From: a virus
Lineage: Duplodnaviria > Caudoviricetes
Strand: one strand, 5' to 3'
DNA length: 46,530 nucleotides
IMG/VR virus record: IMGVR_UViG_3300019758_000010
Span: 1 to 46,530 of that record
The notes below the pieces were generated by a model. That model saw nothing but the letters and a program-made list of their open reading frames with translations, had not been told where the DNA came from and ran no database searches. Below are positions 1 to 8,352 of this stretch, one piece after another. Within the stretch, counting starts at the first letter, position 1; each line of letters starts with the position of its first letter. A program made the position numbers and the translations under genes.

Positions 1-182
1 ACTACGGTAACGGCTACGGCGACGGCTACGGTAACGGCTACGGCTACGGTAACGGCTACGGCTACGGTAACGGCGACGGCTACGGTAACGGCTACGGCTA
101 CGGTAACGGCGACGGCTACGGTAACGGCTACGGCTACGGTAACGGCGACGGCTACGGTAACGGCGACGGTAACGGCGACGGG
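1..182 (+). repeat. Tandem repeat built from hexamers ggctac / ggtaac / ggcgac
   Basis: Directly visible; irregular order of three hexamer units. Confidence 0.97.
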
Positions 183-188
183 TGGTAA
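1..188 (+). CDS. 3' part of Gly-rich (GYGN/GYGD/GDG) tandem-repeat protein, continuing from the right end of the window
   Basis: Frame from position 3 reads YGNGYGDGYGNGYGYGN...GNGDGW then TAA at 186-188; same repeat units as 46378-46530. Confidence 0.8.
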   Translation, partial: YGNGYGDGYGNGYGYGNGYGYGNGDGYGNGYGYGNGDGYGNGYGYGNGDGYGNGDGNGDGW

Positions 189-204
189 TGATATCGGAGA
201 TGTT

Positions 205-738
205 ATGAGTACAGTGAACAGTATGAAAAAGATAGCGTTTTACACAAGCAACTATCATGACCAAGAATTAAGAAATTTATCAGTTGAAAAGAAGATACCT
301 GTTAGTAGGTTAGTAGCTCTTGCAGTCGATAATGAAATGATGAGAGATAAACCGTTCGATTTTGAATCGGAATTAACTTATCCTATCTTTGGTGAATATG
401 AAGAATATGCTTATGCAGATGAAGGTGGGAAACTTTTAACATTCATGAAGACCTTAAATAAAGGTGCAGGTTTAGACATGATTTTATTATGGAGATTTGA
501 AATTGGTGTACCTGATAAGAATGCATTACTTACTGCATTTAGTGAAGCATTACATAACGGTATGATTGAAGCTTATAAGCCACCTCAAAGAGCTGGACGT
601 TCACCATTTCCAGATGATTATTTTTATTATCGGATACCTGTTAAGAAAGGACATGAGACGGCCAGGAAGAGAAAAAATAGAGCTAGTGAATATGAACAAT
701 ATTTAAAACTTAAGAAGAAGTTCGGGAGTGAAGCATGA
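205..738 (+). CDS. Hypothetical protein with probable N-terminal ribbon-helix-helix DNA-binding domain
   Basis: GGAG RBS upstream; KKIAFY..HDQELRNLSVEKKIPVSRLVALAVD has the strand-helix-helix pattern of RHH proteins. Confidence 0.6.
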   Translation: MSTVNSMKKIAFYTSNYHDQELRNLSVEKKIPVSRLVALAVDNEMMRDKPFDFESELTYPIFGEYEEYAYADEGGKLLTFMKTLNKGAGLDMILLWRFEIGVPDKNALLTAFSEALHNGMIEAYKPPQRAGRSPFPDDYFYYRIPVKKGHETARKRKNRASEYEQYLKLKKKFGSEA

Positions 739-1061
739 AAGATAAATTAAAGTTAAGAGTTAACAGGTATGGTAAGAAATTACACTTGTACAATGCTAGT
801 GAGAATAGAAAGACTACAATTAAGGAAGTCGCATTGTATGAAGGTGAAGTGCAATATGAACGTATGAATAAATGTTCACATGATGAGTTCACCGCAATCG
901 TCAAAGAGTTGCGTAAATCTATTGATGAGAATATTGTAATGAAACATAACTTGAAGTATTGTCTATTACACTTAGAAAGATACGCTAATTACGACATTGA
1001 CGAAGAAGAGTTAGCAGAAGTTGAAAGTTTAATTACCGATATTAAAAAGGCGTTGAAATGA
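735..1061 (+). CDS. Hypothetical protein
   Basis: ATGA overlap with the upstream gene, GGAG RBS, 108 aa. Confidence 0.75.
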   Translation: MKDKLKLRVNRYGKKLHLYNASENRKTTIKEVALYEGEVQYERMNKCSHDEFTAIVKELRKSIDENIVMKHNLKYCLLHLERYANYDIDEEELAEVESLITDIKKALK

Positions 1062-1300
1062 AAGATGAAATAAATGTACCAAGAAAGATTGTAACGATTA
1101 AAGTCTCTGCTTATCCACAAGATGCTAGTAACGGATTAACTGTTCAATTCTATAACCTTACTGATAAATGTAAGAGTAGTTTTAAAGAAGTGAAGAAGTT
1201 ATCAAAAGATAATCACATCGTATTTGAAAAAGTTAAAAGTTTAACAGAAGATGAATACGATAAGGTGATGGTGAACGTAAGGGAGAAGTTGAAATGTTAA
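1058..1300 (+). CDS. Hypothetical protein
   Basis: ATGA overlap with the upstream gene, 80 aa. Confidence 0.75.
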   Translation: MKDEINVPRKIVTIKVSAYPQDASNGLTVQFYNLTDKCKSSFKEVKKLSKDNHIVFEKVKSLTEDEYDKVMVNVREKLKC

Positions 1301-1440
1301 CTATTACATTACTAATATTAATCGTAATAAATTTAGCGATTTCTTTACTATTGTTAGCATCATTAGATTGTGTTCAAAGTAATATTTTAACGATTAATGA
1401 AGATATGAGAAAGCATTATCTTAAAGAGAGTGAAAAATGA
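1294..1440 (+). CDS. Small membrane protein (48 aa, not in ORF track)
   Basis: MLTITLLILIVINLAISLLLLASLDCVQ...ESEK; GGAG RBS; exactly fills the gap and overlaps the next gene by ATGA. Confidence 0.7.
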   Translation: MLTITLLILIVINLAISLLLLASLDCVQSNILTINEDMRKHYLKESEK

Positions 1441-1679
1441 GTATGCCATTACCTAACAAAGTTATTAACAGAGTTACAAGTAACGAGAAGATGAATGCTA
1501 CAGAGCTGAAAGCTTTCATGGATTCTAACGGTATAAGTAATAAGGAACTTGCTGAAATATTCGGTGTAACTATACAAGCTGTGAACTTATGGTTATCAGC
1601 TCAAAGAGATTTCAGTGTAGTTAATAGTAGACTTGTAAGGTTGTTCATAAAGTATCCGAAGTTACTCAGGGAGTTTTGA
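1437..1679 (+). CDS. XRE/Cro-type helix-turn-helix transcriptional regulator
   Basis: ELKAFMDSNGISNKELAEIFGVTIQAVNLWLS is a typical HTH_3 pattern. Confidence 0.85.
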   Translation: MSMPLPNKVINRVTSNEKMNATELKAFMDSNGISNKELAEIFGVTIQAVNLWLSAQRDFSVVNSRLVRLFIKYPKLLREF

Positions 1680-1693
1680 AGCAAGTAAATGAA

Positions 1694-1721
1694 TTGACTT
1701 TACGATAATAAAATGTACTCT
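1694..1721 (+). promoter_or_regulatory. Putative sigma70-like promoter TTGACT-N16-TACTCT
   Basis: -35 at 1694-1699, -10 at 1716-1721, in the only intergenic gap before the 284-aa gene. Confidence 0.5.
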
Positions 1722-1752
1722 TGGTTAATGAATCTTAATCAGGAGTACATTT
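1711..1752 (+). promoter_or_regulatory. 18-bp hairpin sequestering the AGGAG RBS and TTG start of the 284-aa gene
   Basis: aaatgtactcttggttaa / ttaatcaggagtacattt pair fully with two G-U pairs and a 6-nt loop. Confidence 0.8.
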
Positions 1753-2605
1753 GAAGAAATTAATTGCAGTCTTATCTTTATTTTTCACGGTATTTGTTTT
1801 AGCTAATAGCGGTCGAATGCCTGTTTCAAATACTCTTACAGATTTCATTCAAAAATTCCAACCTGTTTACATTTCTCTTTTGACTAATTTTTCCAGCAGT
1901 CCTAAAGTTTTTAGGATTGTTAAGTTCGGTTATAATTTAGATGTAGATGTAGGAAGTGTAGAACATATCTGGTCTACAGGTGGAGAGCAGATATGTTCTA
2001 CCATAGGTGAGACAATCGAAATAGTGAGTGACAGTATCCAAGATAATGCTGGTGGTACAGGAGCGTCTTCAGTATTTGTAGATGGTTTAGATGAGAATGG
2101 TTTATATCTTATAGAATATTTAGATCTAAACGGGACGACACCTGTAACCACTTTAAATAAATTCATCTTCATTAATCGACTCGCTATAACAGCGGCAGGA
2201 TCAAGTAGATCTAATGTGGGTACTATTTCAAGTGTTCAAAGTACGAGTAGAATAGCTACTGATATTATCGATCCTGATTTAGGTGTTTCTCAACATTTCA
2301 ATTATAGAGTTCCTTATGATCGTCGATGTTATATTAACAAAGTTCTTCTTTCTACAGATAAGTTAAGTGGTGGTGCAACTCCAAGAGTGACGTTTGTGTT
2401 TAGACGGTATAATCCTCTTACTACAGTAGATTACGTGTTAAGGAGAGAGATAATCGACACAAGTGCAGAATCATCGAGAGAGTATAATGACTTTAAATCT
2501 GTAGCTTTAGAATCAGGTGAGATTTTCTACATTGAAGTTGAAACTACGACTAATGATACAGAAGTTCACGGTACTATAGATGTAACTTGTATGACTAATT
2601 TATAA
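1751..2605 (+). CDS. Conserved beta-rich phage protein with an N-terminal signal-peptide-like segment
   Basis: TTG start with AGGAG RBS; MKKLIAVLSLFFTVFVLA; KFGYNLDVD..IW..GG...DNAGGTGA..V.VDGLD resembles a recurring uncharacterised phage protein family. Confidence 0.7.
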   Translation: MKKLIAVLSLFFTVFVLANSGRMPVSNTLTDFIQKFQPVYISLLTNFSSSPKVFRIVKFGYNLDVDVGSVEHIWSTGGEQICSTIGETIEIVSDSIQDNAGGTGASSVFVDGLDENGLYLIEYLDLNGTTPVTTLNKFIFINRLAITAAGSSRSNVGTISSVQSTSRIATDIIDPDLGVSQHFNYRVPYDRRCYINKVLLSTDKLSGGATPRVTFVFRRYNPLTTVDYVLRREIIDTSAESSREYNDFKSVALESGEIFYIEVETTTNDTEVHGTIDVTCMTNL

Positions 2606-4531
2606 TTCTTTACCTTCGTTGTCGGTGATAATGAATACTTTACCACCGGCCTCGATATCTGGGTTTTCGATTGCTTTAAGTCTTTCACCCATGTGACCAG
2701 TGTAACTTAAGATTGATAACGCTCTATTAATTCTATCCTTGGAGATCTTATCAGTACTTGCCATGAAACGAGCTATGATAACCTCCTTATTAGGGTAACG
2801 TTTATCTGCACGTTCACTTCTCACATATGTAAAGATTCTTTCTACATCACCCATTTTGTTCTGTTCTTCTTTAACTTTTTGTTCAACTAAAGTTACTCTG
2901 GAAAATAAATAACCATCTCTAACGATGATGAAAGGTTTATTGTATATAGGAGATCCGTCACTGAACTTATTCACGTTGCACATCATTGCAGACTTACCTT
3001 CATCTAAAGTCATTCCCGTTAAGTCTTCGTATTCTTCATCAGGTAACGCTCTTAGTACTCTCGAAACCCTGGCATGTGAAGGTAGACCTGTACCACCACG
3101 TCCAGCGAATTGAGACATGTCCTTATTAGTCGATGATGATTTACCCATGTGATTAATTACTTCAACGCAAGCGTTAGATTTTTCTACAAGTGCGCCTAAG
3201 AATTTAGAGACTGCTTTAGCCATGTCATTGAGTGCTGATTCAGATCCCCAGAATGATGAGATAGGATCGAACACAATTAATTTAGGTTTTAAATCTTCTA
3301 TGGCCTGGAGAACTTTTTCGAGTGCTTCATTATTAACGTTAATGAAACCTTGTTTTGTTTTATCGATTAGACATAGATCACTATCTTTTTTCACAAGTAT
3401 AGAATCCATAACCTTTCTAACTTTCTTATCGTTCTCTGGAGTACCGTCTAAAAGTTTCATTTGCTTTAAGATCGCACCGATCATTGCACCTAACTTCTCT
3501 TTGGTATCTTCTCCAGTGATGAACAGTGTTCTACCTTGAATCTTATTTTCAAAACCAAGAAAGTCAGAACCTAAAGCAAGTGCAATGGCTTCATTTAATT
3601 TTAAAGTTGTTTTACCTGTACCACCATCTGCAGTTGTGATGTGAATATCTTCAGTAGACCAATCTTTAAATAATTGTGGCTTTCTTAATTTACTCATATT
3701 TGTCAAGTCATACTTCCTGAAAAATGAAGGAGTCCAACGTTCATTGACTTCCTGTTCCGTTTCAGGAATTGTTAATTCAGGTTCAAGATTACCGAATGGA
3801 CACGTAAATGGATTCTTACCGCCTCCTTCAAAACCTGACTTGATAGTAGCCTTAGCTTCATAATCGGGCTTACCTCTATCCTTAGCTGCCTTAAACAACT
3901 CATTATGAGCGTGATCTTTATCGATACTATTAGATGCTAATAATTGTCCGACACGGTATGCTTCGACATTGAGGACATTGTTAGATTCTCCCTCCGGTGC
4001 GTTGCGTATATTTTCACATGCTTCTTTTAATATTTCTTGAGCAATTGTAGGATCGATTGAAATGATATCTTCAGCATTAACTTCAGTTTTTTTATTTGTA
4101 ATGGCCTGTTGAATTAACCAATCAGGAGCTTCAGCAATTGGAGTACTATCAACTCCGTAATGAATAATGTAACCATTCTCTCCGCGAATATCCAGACCGT
4201 GATCAAAACCTACTTTATTACCATAAGTATTCCCGTCATTAGGATATTTGAAAATGTAATGAACACCACCTGACATTGTACGTTGAGACATTGTTAAAGG
4301 AACGTGATAGTTCTTTATAGTTTCAAGTCCACCCCCTTTAACATCAACATCAAGAACTAATAAGCCGTTAACAGTTCCGGTAGGTATTCCATAGAATTTT
4401 AATTGAGGGTATTGTACGACCCAGGTGTTCGTTATATTTACATCGTTACTACAATTCTCTTTCCAGTTGAAATCCTTTACAGGAACCTTTCGACCATCGT
4501 GAGTTAATGTAGCTGGGAAAATTTTAAACAT
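2600..4531 (-). CDS. Bifunctional primase-polymerase fused to AAA_25/RepA-like helicase
   Basis: GIPTG..NGLLVLDVD, T.SGG.HY.F, GLDIRGENGYI (prim-pol); DGGTGKTT Walker A, LIVFDP Walker B, INHMGK. Confidence 0.92.
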   Translation of the reverse strand: MFKIFPATLTHDGRKVPVKDFNWKENCSNDVNITNTWVVQYPQLKFYGIPTGTVNGLLVLDVDVKGGGLETIKNYHVPLTMSQRTMSGGVHYIFKYPNDGNTYGNKVGFDHGLDIRGENGYIIHYGVDSTPIAEAPDWLIQQAITNKKTEVNAEDIISIDPTIAQEILKEACENIRNAPEGESNNVLNVEAYRVGQLLASNSIDKDHAHNELFKAAKDRGKPDYEAKATIKSGFEGGGKNPFTCPFGNLEPELTIPETEQEVNERWTPSFFRKYDLTNMSKLRKPQLFKDWSTEDIHITTADGGTGKTTLKLNEAIALALGSDFLGFENKIQGRTLFITGEDTKEKLGAMIGAILKQMKLLDGTPENDKKVRKVMDSILVKKDSDLCLIDKTKQGFINVNNEALEKVLQAIEDLKPKLIVFDPISSFWGSESALNDMAKAVSKFLGALVEKSNACVEVINHMGKSSSTNKDMSQFAGRGGTGLPSHARVSRVLRALPDEEYEDLTGMTLDEGKSAMMCNVNKFSDGSPIYNKPFIIVRDGYLFSRVTLVEQKVKEEQNKMGDVERIFTYVRSERADKRYPNKEVIIARFMASTDKISKDRINRALSILSYTGHMGERLKAIENPDIEAGGKVFIITDNEGKEL

Positions 4532-4536
4532 AGTTT

Positions 4537-4628
4537 ATCTCTTGTCATCTCTTGTTTATAAAAACTCACCGGAAGCTGAAGAGATACAGTTTTCGATAAA
4601 GAGATCAACCTTTATCTATCCGATGAGT
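4537..4628 (-). promoter_or_regulatory. Structured intergenic element upstream of primase-helicase: 10-bp stem plus T-tract, and four AAGAGAT copies
   Basis: actcaccgga 4564-4573 pairs with tccgatgagt 4619-4628; ATCTCTT at 4537 and 4547; AAGAGAT at 4579 and 4599. Confidence 0.55.
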
Positions 4629-4634
4629 GAGCGA

Positions 4635-5027
4635 TTAGTTTCGCAGTATTGTTTTGATTTTGTCAACTCCGTTAGCGAAGCCTGCGAAACCTCCCATAGA
4701 CACTACCCAGTTAATAAAATTACTTTGTGCAGTTTCACGCTTGTCGAATTTCTTATTAGGATTCCACGCTTCTTTCTTAACTTCTACTGCAGTAAATACA
4801 CCAAGAGTTTGTCCTACCATTTCAGGAGTGATTACAACTTTAGTGATTCCTATCAAGTCAGAGCTTGCTATTCTATCTTGGTGTTTTTTAGATATGTTAC
4901 CTAAACCGTAGCGAACTACACGACCTGTCTCATCTTTAGCAGCACCGCAATTGTTTCTCATTAGGTTGCACCCATGATACATAGCTTGAGTTTGTATTTC
5001 AGCTTGTACTTCATTTTCATCTTTCAT
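4635..5027 (-). CDS. VRR-NUC domain nuclease
   Basis: E.EVQ..I, RNN.GA, SSDLIG, FTAVEVK, Q.NFI.WV...GG.AG. Confidence 0.9.
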   Translation of the reverse strand: MKDENEVQAEIQTQAMYHGCNLMRNNCGAAKDETGRVVRYGLGNISKKHQDRIASSDLIGITKVVITPEMVGQTLGVFTAVEVKKEAWNPNKKFDKRETAQSNFINWVVSMGGFAGFANGVDKIKTILRN

Positions 5028-5308
5028 TATTTGAACCCTTTCATTATTTTATTATAAGTCTTCCTACTCATGAAATACCAAGATACAGAGACATAATAAC
5101 GAAATCTCTTATTTTCTGTAACGATTTTCTTAGCGTATTTATTGCGAATAACTTTATTTTCTATAGGACATATAGAATGAGTTTCACTTGTTACGTTTTC
5201 ATTCCTTAACATGCGATGGCGACATAAACCCATCACTTGAATTAACTCTTCATTCGATAAATCAAATAACGAACTTTTTACGTTTTCAACTCTTTCACTT
5301 AATTTCAT
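5027..5308 (-). CDS. Hypothetical protein
   Basis: Translationally coupled within the leftward operon, 93 aa. Confidence 0.7.
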   Translation of the reverse strand: MKLSERVENVKSSLFDLSNEELIQVMGLCRHRMLRNENVTSETHSICPIENKVIRNKYAKKIVTENKRFRYYVSVSWYFMSRKTYNKIMKGFK

Positions 5309-5547
5309 TTTACACTGTCCTTCAACTCACTTAAGTAAATCTCATTCACTTTACATTTAACGCAATCTTCCCTTTCAGTGCAGAATAATTTCTGATCATT
5401 TACATACGTTCCGTCATGATCGAAACACTCGTACATTAAATTGTTCTGCTTTTTTAAGTTTTCTATTTCTTTCCTTAATTCTTCAATGCGTTTACTTGCT
5501 ATAATGTAAGCTCCCTTAAATATCTTTAACTTATTTTTCTGACTCAT
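5305..5547 (-). CDS. Hypothetical protein (coiled coil, Cys-containing)
   Basis: AGGAG RBS, ATGA overlaps. Confidence 0.7.
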   Translation of the reverse strand: MSQKNKLKIFKGAYIIASKRIEELRKEIENLKKQNNLMYECFDHDGTYVNDQKLFCTEREDCVKCKVNEIYLSELKDSVK

Positions 5548-5669
5548 TTAAAAATACTCCTGAAGAAATCTCCGATAATGTGATAAAATATAATACATAG
5601 GACTAATACGAATGCTAATGCGTATGTGATGACTATGAATCCTGATACTAATATTAAAAACTTAATCAC
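5544..5669 (-). CDS. Small membrane protein (41 aa, not in ORF track)
   Basis: GTG start with AGGAG RBS; MIKFLILVSGFIVITYALAFVLVLCIIFYHIIGDFFRSIFK. Confidence 0.65.
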   Translation of the reverse strand: MIKFLILVSGFIVITYALAFVLVLCIIFYHIIGDFFRSIFK

Positions 5670-5751
5670 CTAAAGCTCCTTTGAAAAATTTAACAATGAA
5701 ATACACAGCTCCTAACCATAGTATACTATAACAAATCATTTCTTCACTCAT
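5662..5751 (-). CDS. Small membrane peptide (29 aa, not in ORF track)
   Basis: MSEEMICYSILWLGAVYFIVKFFKGALGD; ATGA overlap upstream; fills the gap. Confidence 0.55.
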   Translation of the reverse strand: MSEEMICYSILWLGAVYFIVKFFKGALGD

Positions 5752-5945
5752 TTCAATCTCTCTTTTAATTTAGCTTTAAATTCTTCTAAAGTTTTTACAC
5801 CTTTAGTTTTTAGAACATCTTCAATTCTAGTTCGTTTAATGTTTTTACTGAAACAAGCGCAAATCCATAAACCACTCTTATTAAAGTCCCAAGAATCCGG
5901 TTCAATACCGTTACATATATTGCAACTAGCTTTACACTTGCTCAC
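5748..5945 (-). CDS. Small Cys-rich hypothetical protein
   Basis: C..SCNIC and CAC motifs; GAGG RBS. Confidence 0.65.
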   Translation of the reverse strand: MSKCKASCNICNGIEPDSWDFNKSGLWICACFSKNIKRTRIEDVLKTKGVKTLEEFKAKLKERLK

Positions 5946-6414
5946 GATTAAATCCTCTTAAAAGATCCTTGCATTTACTGCATGTAACTTCATCGATCTT
6001 ACTAGTTTTAGTTGATTTATTAGTCGTCGTATTACACGACATGTTTTCATTGTGAACTCTAACGTTAGGTTTAGATGAGTATTTAATGTTACATTTCCAT
6101 ACTTGATTATTATTGAAACGTTTTGATAACAGTGTTCCATCTTCTAATACTATAGTTATTAATTTAGCGTGATCATAAGGACTTGTCTTGTGACTGAAAG
6201 GGATAATTTTAACACTATATTTAATAACATTAAATCCGAATTTGTCTTTAAACATTTTGAACATGTATTCACTGTTACTATCATCTTGATAAGTTCCTAA
6301 TAATCTCCATTGTGAAATTAATTTCGAATCATTTAAGCTAAGAAAGAAATCGGAATCATGTTTATCGTAACGTTTATATTTATCGACATGTCGATATGCT
6401 TTGAGATCGTTCAT
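5932..6414 (-). CDS. Hypothetical protein with a C-terminal His/Cys motif (VH...C...VTCSKC)
   Basis: 160 aa ORF abutting both neighbours. Confidence 0.7.
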   Translation of the reverse strand: MNDLKAYRHVDKYKRYDKHDSDFFLSLNDSKLISQWRLLGTYQDDSNSEYMFKMFKDKFGFNVIKYSVKIIPFSHKTSPYDHAKLITIVLEDGTLLSKRFNNNQVWKCNIKYSSKPNVRVHNENMSCNTTTNKSTKTSKIDEVTCSKCKDLLRGFNREQV

Positions 6415-6600
6415 TTACTTACCTTTACCTTCAACATATTTTTTAAGATCCTCTACATGTTTTAAAATCAACTCAGCTTTTTTCATTCCCATGTTCACAA
6501 GAGGTTTAAAATTCTTATTCCCTTCTTTATCGAACTCGTAAATACTAAACATTGGTTTACTGTTAAAATCATTAGGTAAAACTTTAGTTTCATTACTCAC
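6415..6600 (-). CDS. Hypothetical protein
   Basis: GTG start after AAGGAG RBS. Confidence 0.75.
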   Translation of the reverse strand: MSNETKVLPNDFNSKPMFSIYEFDKEGNKNFKPLVNMGMKKAELILKHVEDLKKYVEGKGK

Positions 6601-6616
6601 TTTTTCTTCTCCTTAT

Positions 6617-8257
6617 TTAAAATACGTACTTTTCCATTTCCGCTTTAGGTAATCCTAACATCTCAGTGATAGTCATGGAATTTTCTATATAAAATCTTTT
6701 ATGTATCTGCCTATCTGTATAACCGTACCTAGTCTTCATCATCCCTGCCCAACTAGCTATACGTTCAGATAATTCTCTTTGAGCTTCAATCCTTTCTCTT
6801 TGGTTCTTCATCGCTCTTAACCCTGCATTTCCATTGACAGCTTTACTTACTCTTTCAGCTAAGTGACCCGGATCTTCTAACATTGTTTGACGTTCGAGTT
6901 CTCTAATAGTCTCAGGATCGATTAAAAATAAATCACCATCAACCATCTCAGGAGGTACACGTCCTCCACCTTCACTACTACCTCTAGTAGCCTTAAAAGG
7001 TTCTTCACCACACCAAGGACACTCTGTTAACGATCTGTCGTAAGGAGCATTACATGCGATATTAGAACATACTCTTAGAAAGTTTAATTTTTTATTTGTC
7101 TTTTTAATTCTGTCTAAAGTCCATTCTCTAATGTTACAAGGAAGACCATGCTCTTGAACATTACCTACATGATCGATTAAAATCATATGAGGTTTACCTT
7201 CAGCAAGTCTTAAACCGCGTCCTACCATCTGAAGATATTTACCTAATGATTTAGTAGGACGCGCCATGATTACACATTCAATTCCAGGAACGTCTAAACC
7301 TTCGTCAAATAAATCAACATTGATTAAAACTCTTATCTTCTTATTAGCGAAATCAACTAAACTATCAAGTCTCTCTTTATCGTTAGTACAACCGTTGAGT
7401 TCCTTAGCTGTAATACCTCTATCGTTAAACTGCTTTTCCATTTTCTTAGCAGTTGTAATATCTGAAGCGAATAGAATTGCCTGCTTATTGTTAGCGTGTT
7501 TAATGTAATTATCAACAACATCGCCGACAATCTTAGATTGACTAGAAGCTTCCATCATAGCTTTCTTAGAGTAGTCAGACTTATCGGAACCTTTCTTTAA
7601 GTATTGATGATAATCAGAAGCAGGTATTGCGATTTTATATTTAGATAGAAAACCTTGTTCAATCATCCAACGTGTAGGTGGACCTTGAACCATAGTATCG
7701 AATACACCATCAACATGAGAACCTAAACCTTTTCGATCAAGTCTCTCAGGTGTAGCAGTAACTCCAAGTCCACGAGCATTAGGGAAATAAGAAATGGCCT
7801 TACCCCATTTATTCTCTCTAAGAACATGAGCAGCTTCGTCAGTAATCCATTGTCTAATGCCTAAGCACCAATCTTTATAAATATCGTAACGAGCGTTTAA
7901 AGTATCTACAGAAATTACGGTTACTTTAGCGTTCGCATCGTAAAATTGTTGACCAAACATTCTACGTTCAGCAGCAATGATTCCTCGTATGTCTTTTCGA
8001 GATGCGATGATATTATGAGGAATTCCTTCTTCAGCTAATGTCAGACAAATTTGCTGAACTAACTCTTTTCTATGCACTTGAATAGCAGTCGGAATAGGAA
8101 TTTGTTGATTGACTACAGTATCTATAACTATTGAACAGAACGTTTTAGTTTTCCCACCACCTGTAGGAAGAATCATTAAGACGTTTTTATAATGGTTAGC
8201 CCACGCGTTATAGACTTCATGTTTTATTTTTTCTTGGTAAGGTCTGAGTTTTATCAT
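6617..8257 (-). CDS. Superfamily 2 DExH helicase with C-terminal Zn ribbon
   Basis: LRPYQ Q-motif, PTGGGKT, DEAAH, TATP, EGLDVP, QMVGRGLR, CSNIAC..CPWC. Confidence 0.95.
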   Translation of the reverse strand: MIKLRPYQEKIKHEVYNAWANHYKNVLMILPTGGGKTKTFCSIVIDTVVNQQIPIPTAIQVHRKELVQQICLTLAEEGIPHNIIASRKDIRGIIAAERRMFGQQFYDANAKVTVISVDTLNARYDIYKDWCLGIRQWITDEAAHVLRENKWGKAISYFPNARGLGVTATPERLDRKGLGSHVDGVFDTMVQGPPTRWMIEQGFLSKYKIAIPASDYHQYLKKGSDKSDYSKKAMMEASSQSKIVGDVVDNYIKHANNKQAILFASDITTAKKMEKQFNDRGITAKELNGCTNDKERLDSLVDFANKKIRVLINVDLFDEGLDVPGIECVIMARPTKSLGKYLQMVGRGLRLAEGKPHMILIDHVGNVQEHGLPCNIREWTLDRIKKTNKKLNFLRVCSNIACNAPYDRSLTECPWCGEEPFKATRGSSEGGGRVPPEMVDGDLFLIDPETIRELERQTMLEDPGHLAERVSKAVNGNAGLRAMKNQRERIEAQRELSERIASWAGMMKTRYGYTDRQIHKRFYIENSMTITEMLGLPKAEMEKYVF

Positions 8258-8263
8258 GAAGAT

Positions 8264-8293
8264 ACAATAAAATTAAAGCTTGACATTTGTAAA
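8264..8293 (-). promoter_or_regulatory. Putative leftward promoter TTTACA-N18-TATTGT, 6 nt before the helicase ATG
   Basis: Read on the minus strand; no SD sequence before the ATG. Confidence 0.45.
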
Positions 8294-8310
8294 GGATTTA
8301 TTTATTTATT
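8280..8310 (+). promoter_or_regulatory. Putative rightward promoter (perfect TTGACA, weak AT-rich -10)
   Basis: TTGACA at 8280-8285 in the divergent intergenic region. Confidence 0.4.
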
Positions 8311-8352
8311 TATTTCTCAAAATAATAATCAATAGTTAACCAAGGAGAAGAA

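Noticed and set aside
1-188. Matching repeats at both window ends as direct terminal repeats
   Set aside because: They are the two halves of one low-complexity coding repeat with different unit order, better explained as an assembly break. A simple end-to-end join is also out of frame, so the true junction is unresolved.
1437-1679. Lysogeny module
   Set aside because: An HTH gene is present, but no integrase, partition genes or CI-like peptidase domain was recognised, so temperate lifestyle is unsupported.
4564-4628. Hammerhead ribozyme on the minus strand (stem-GAAA-stem)
   Set aside because: The core reads CGGAUA rather than CUGANGA, and stems I and III do not close correctly around a cleavage site.
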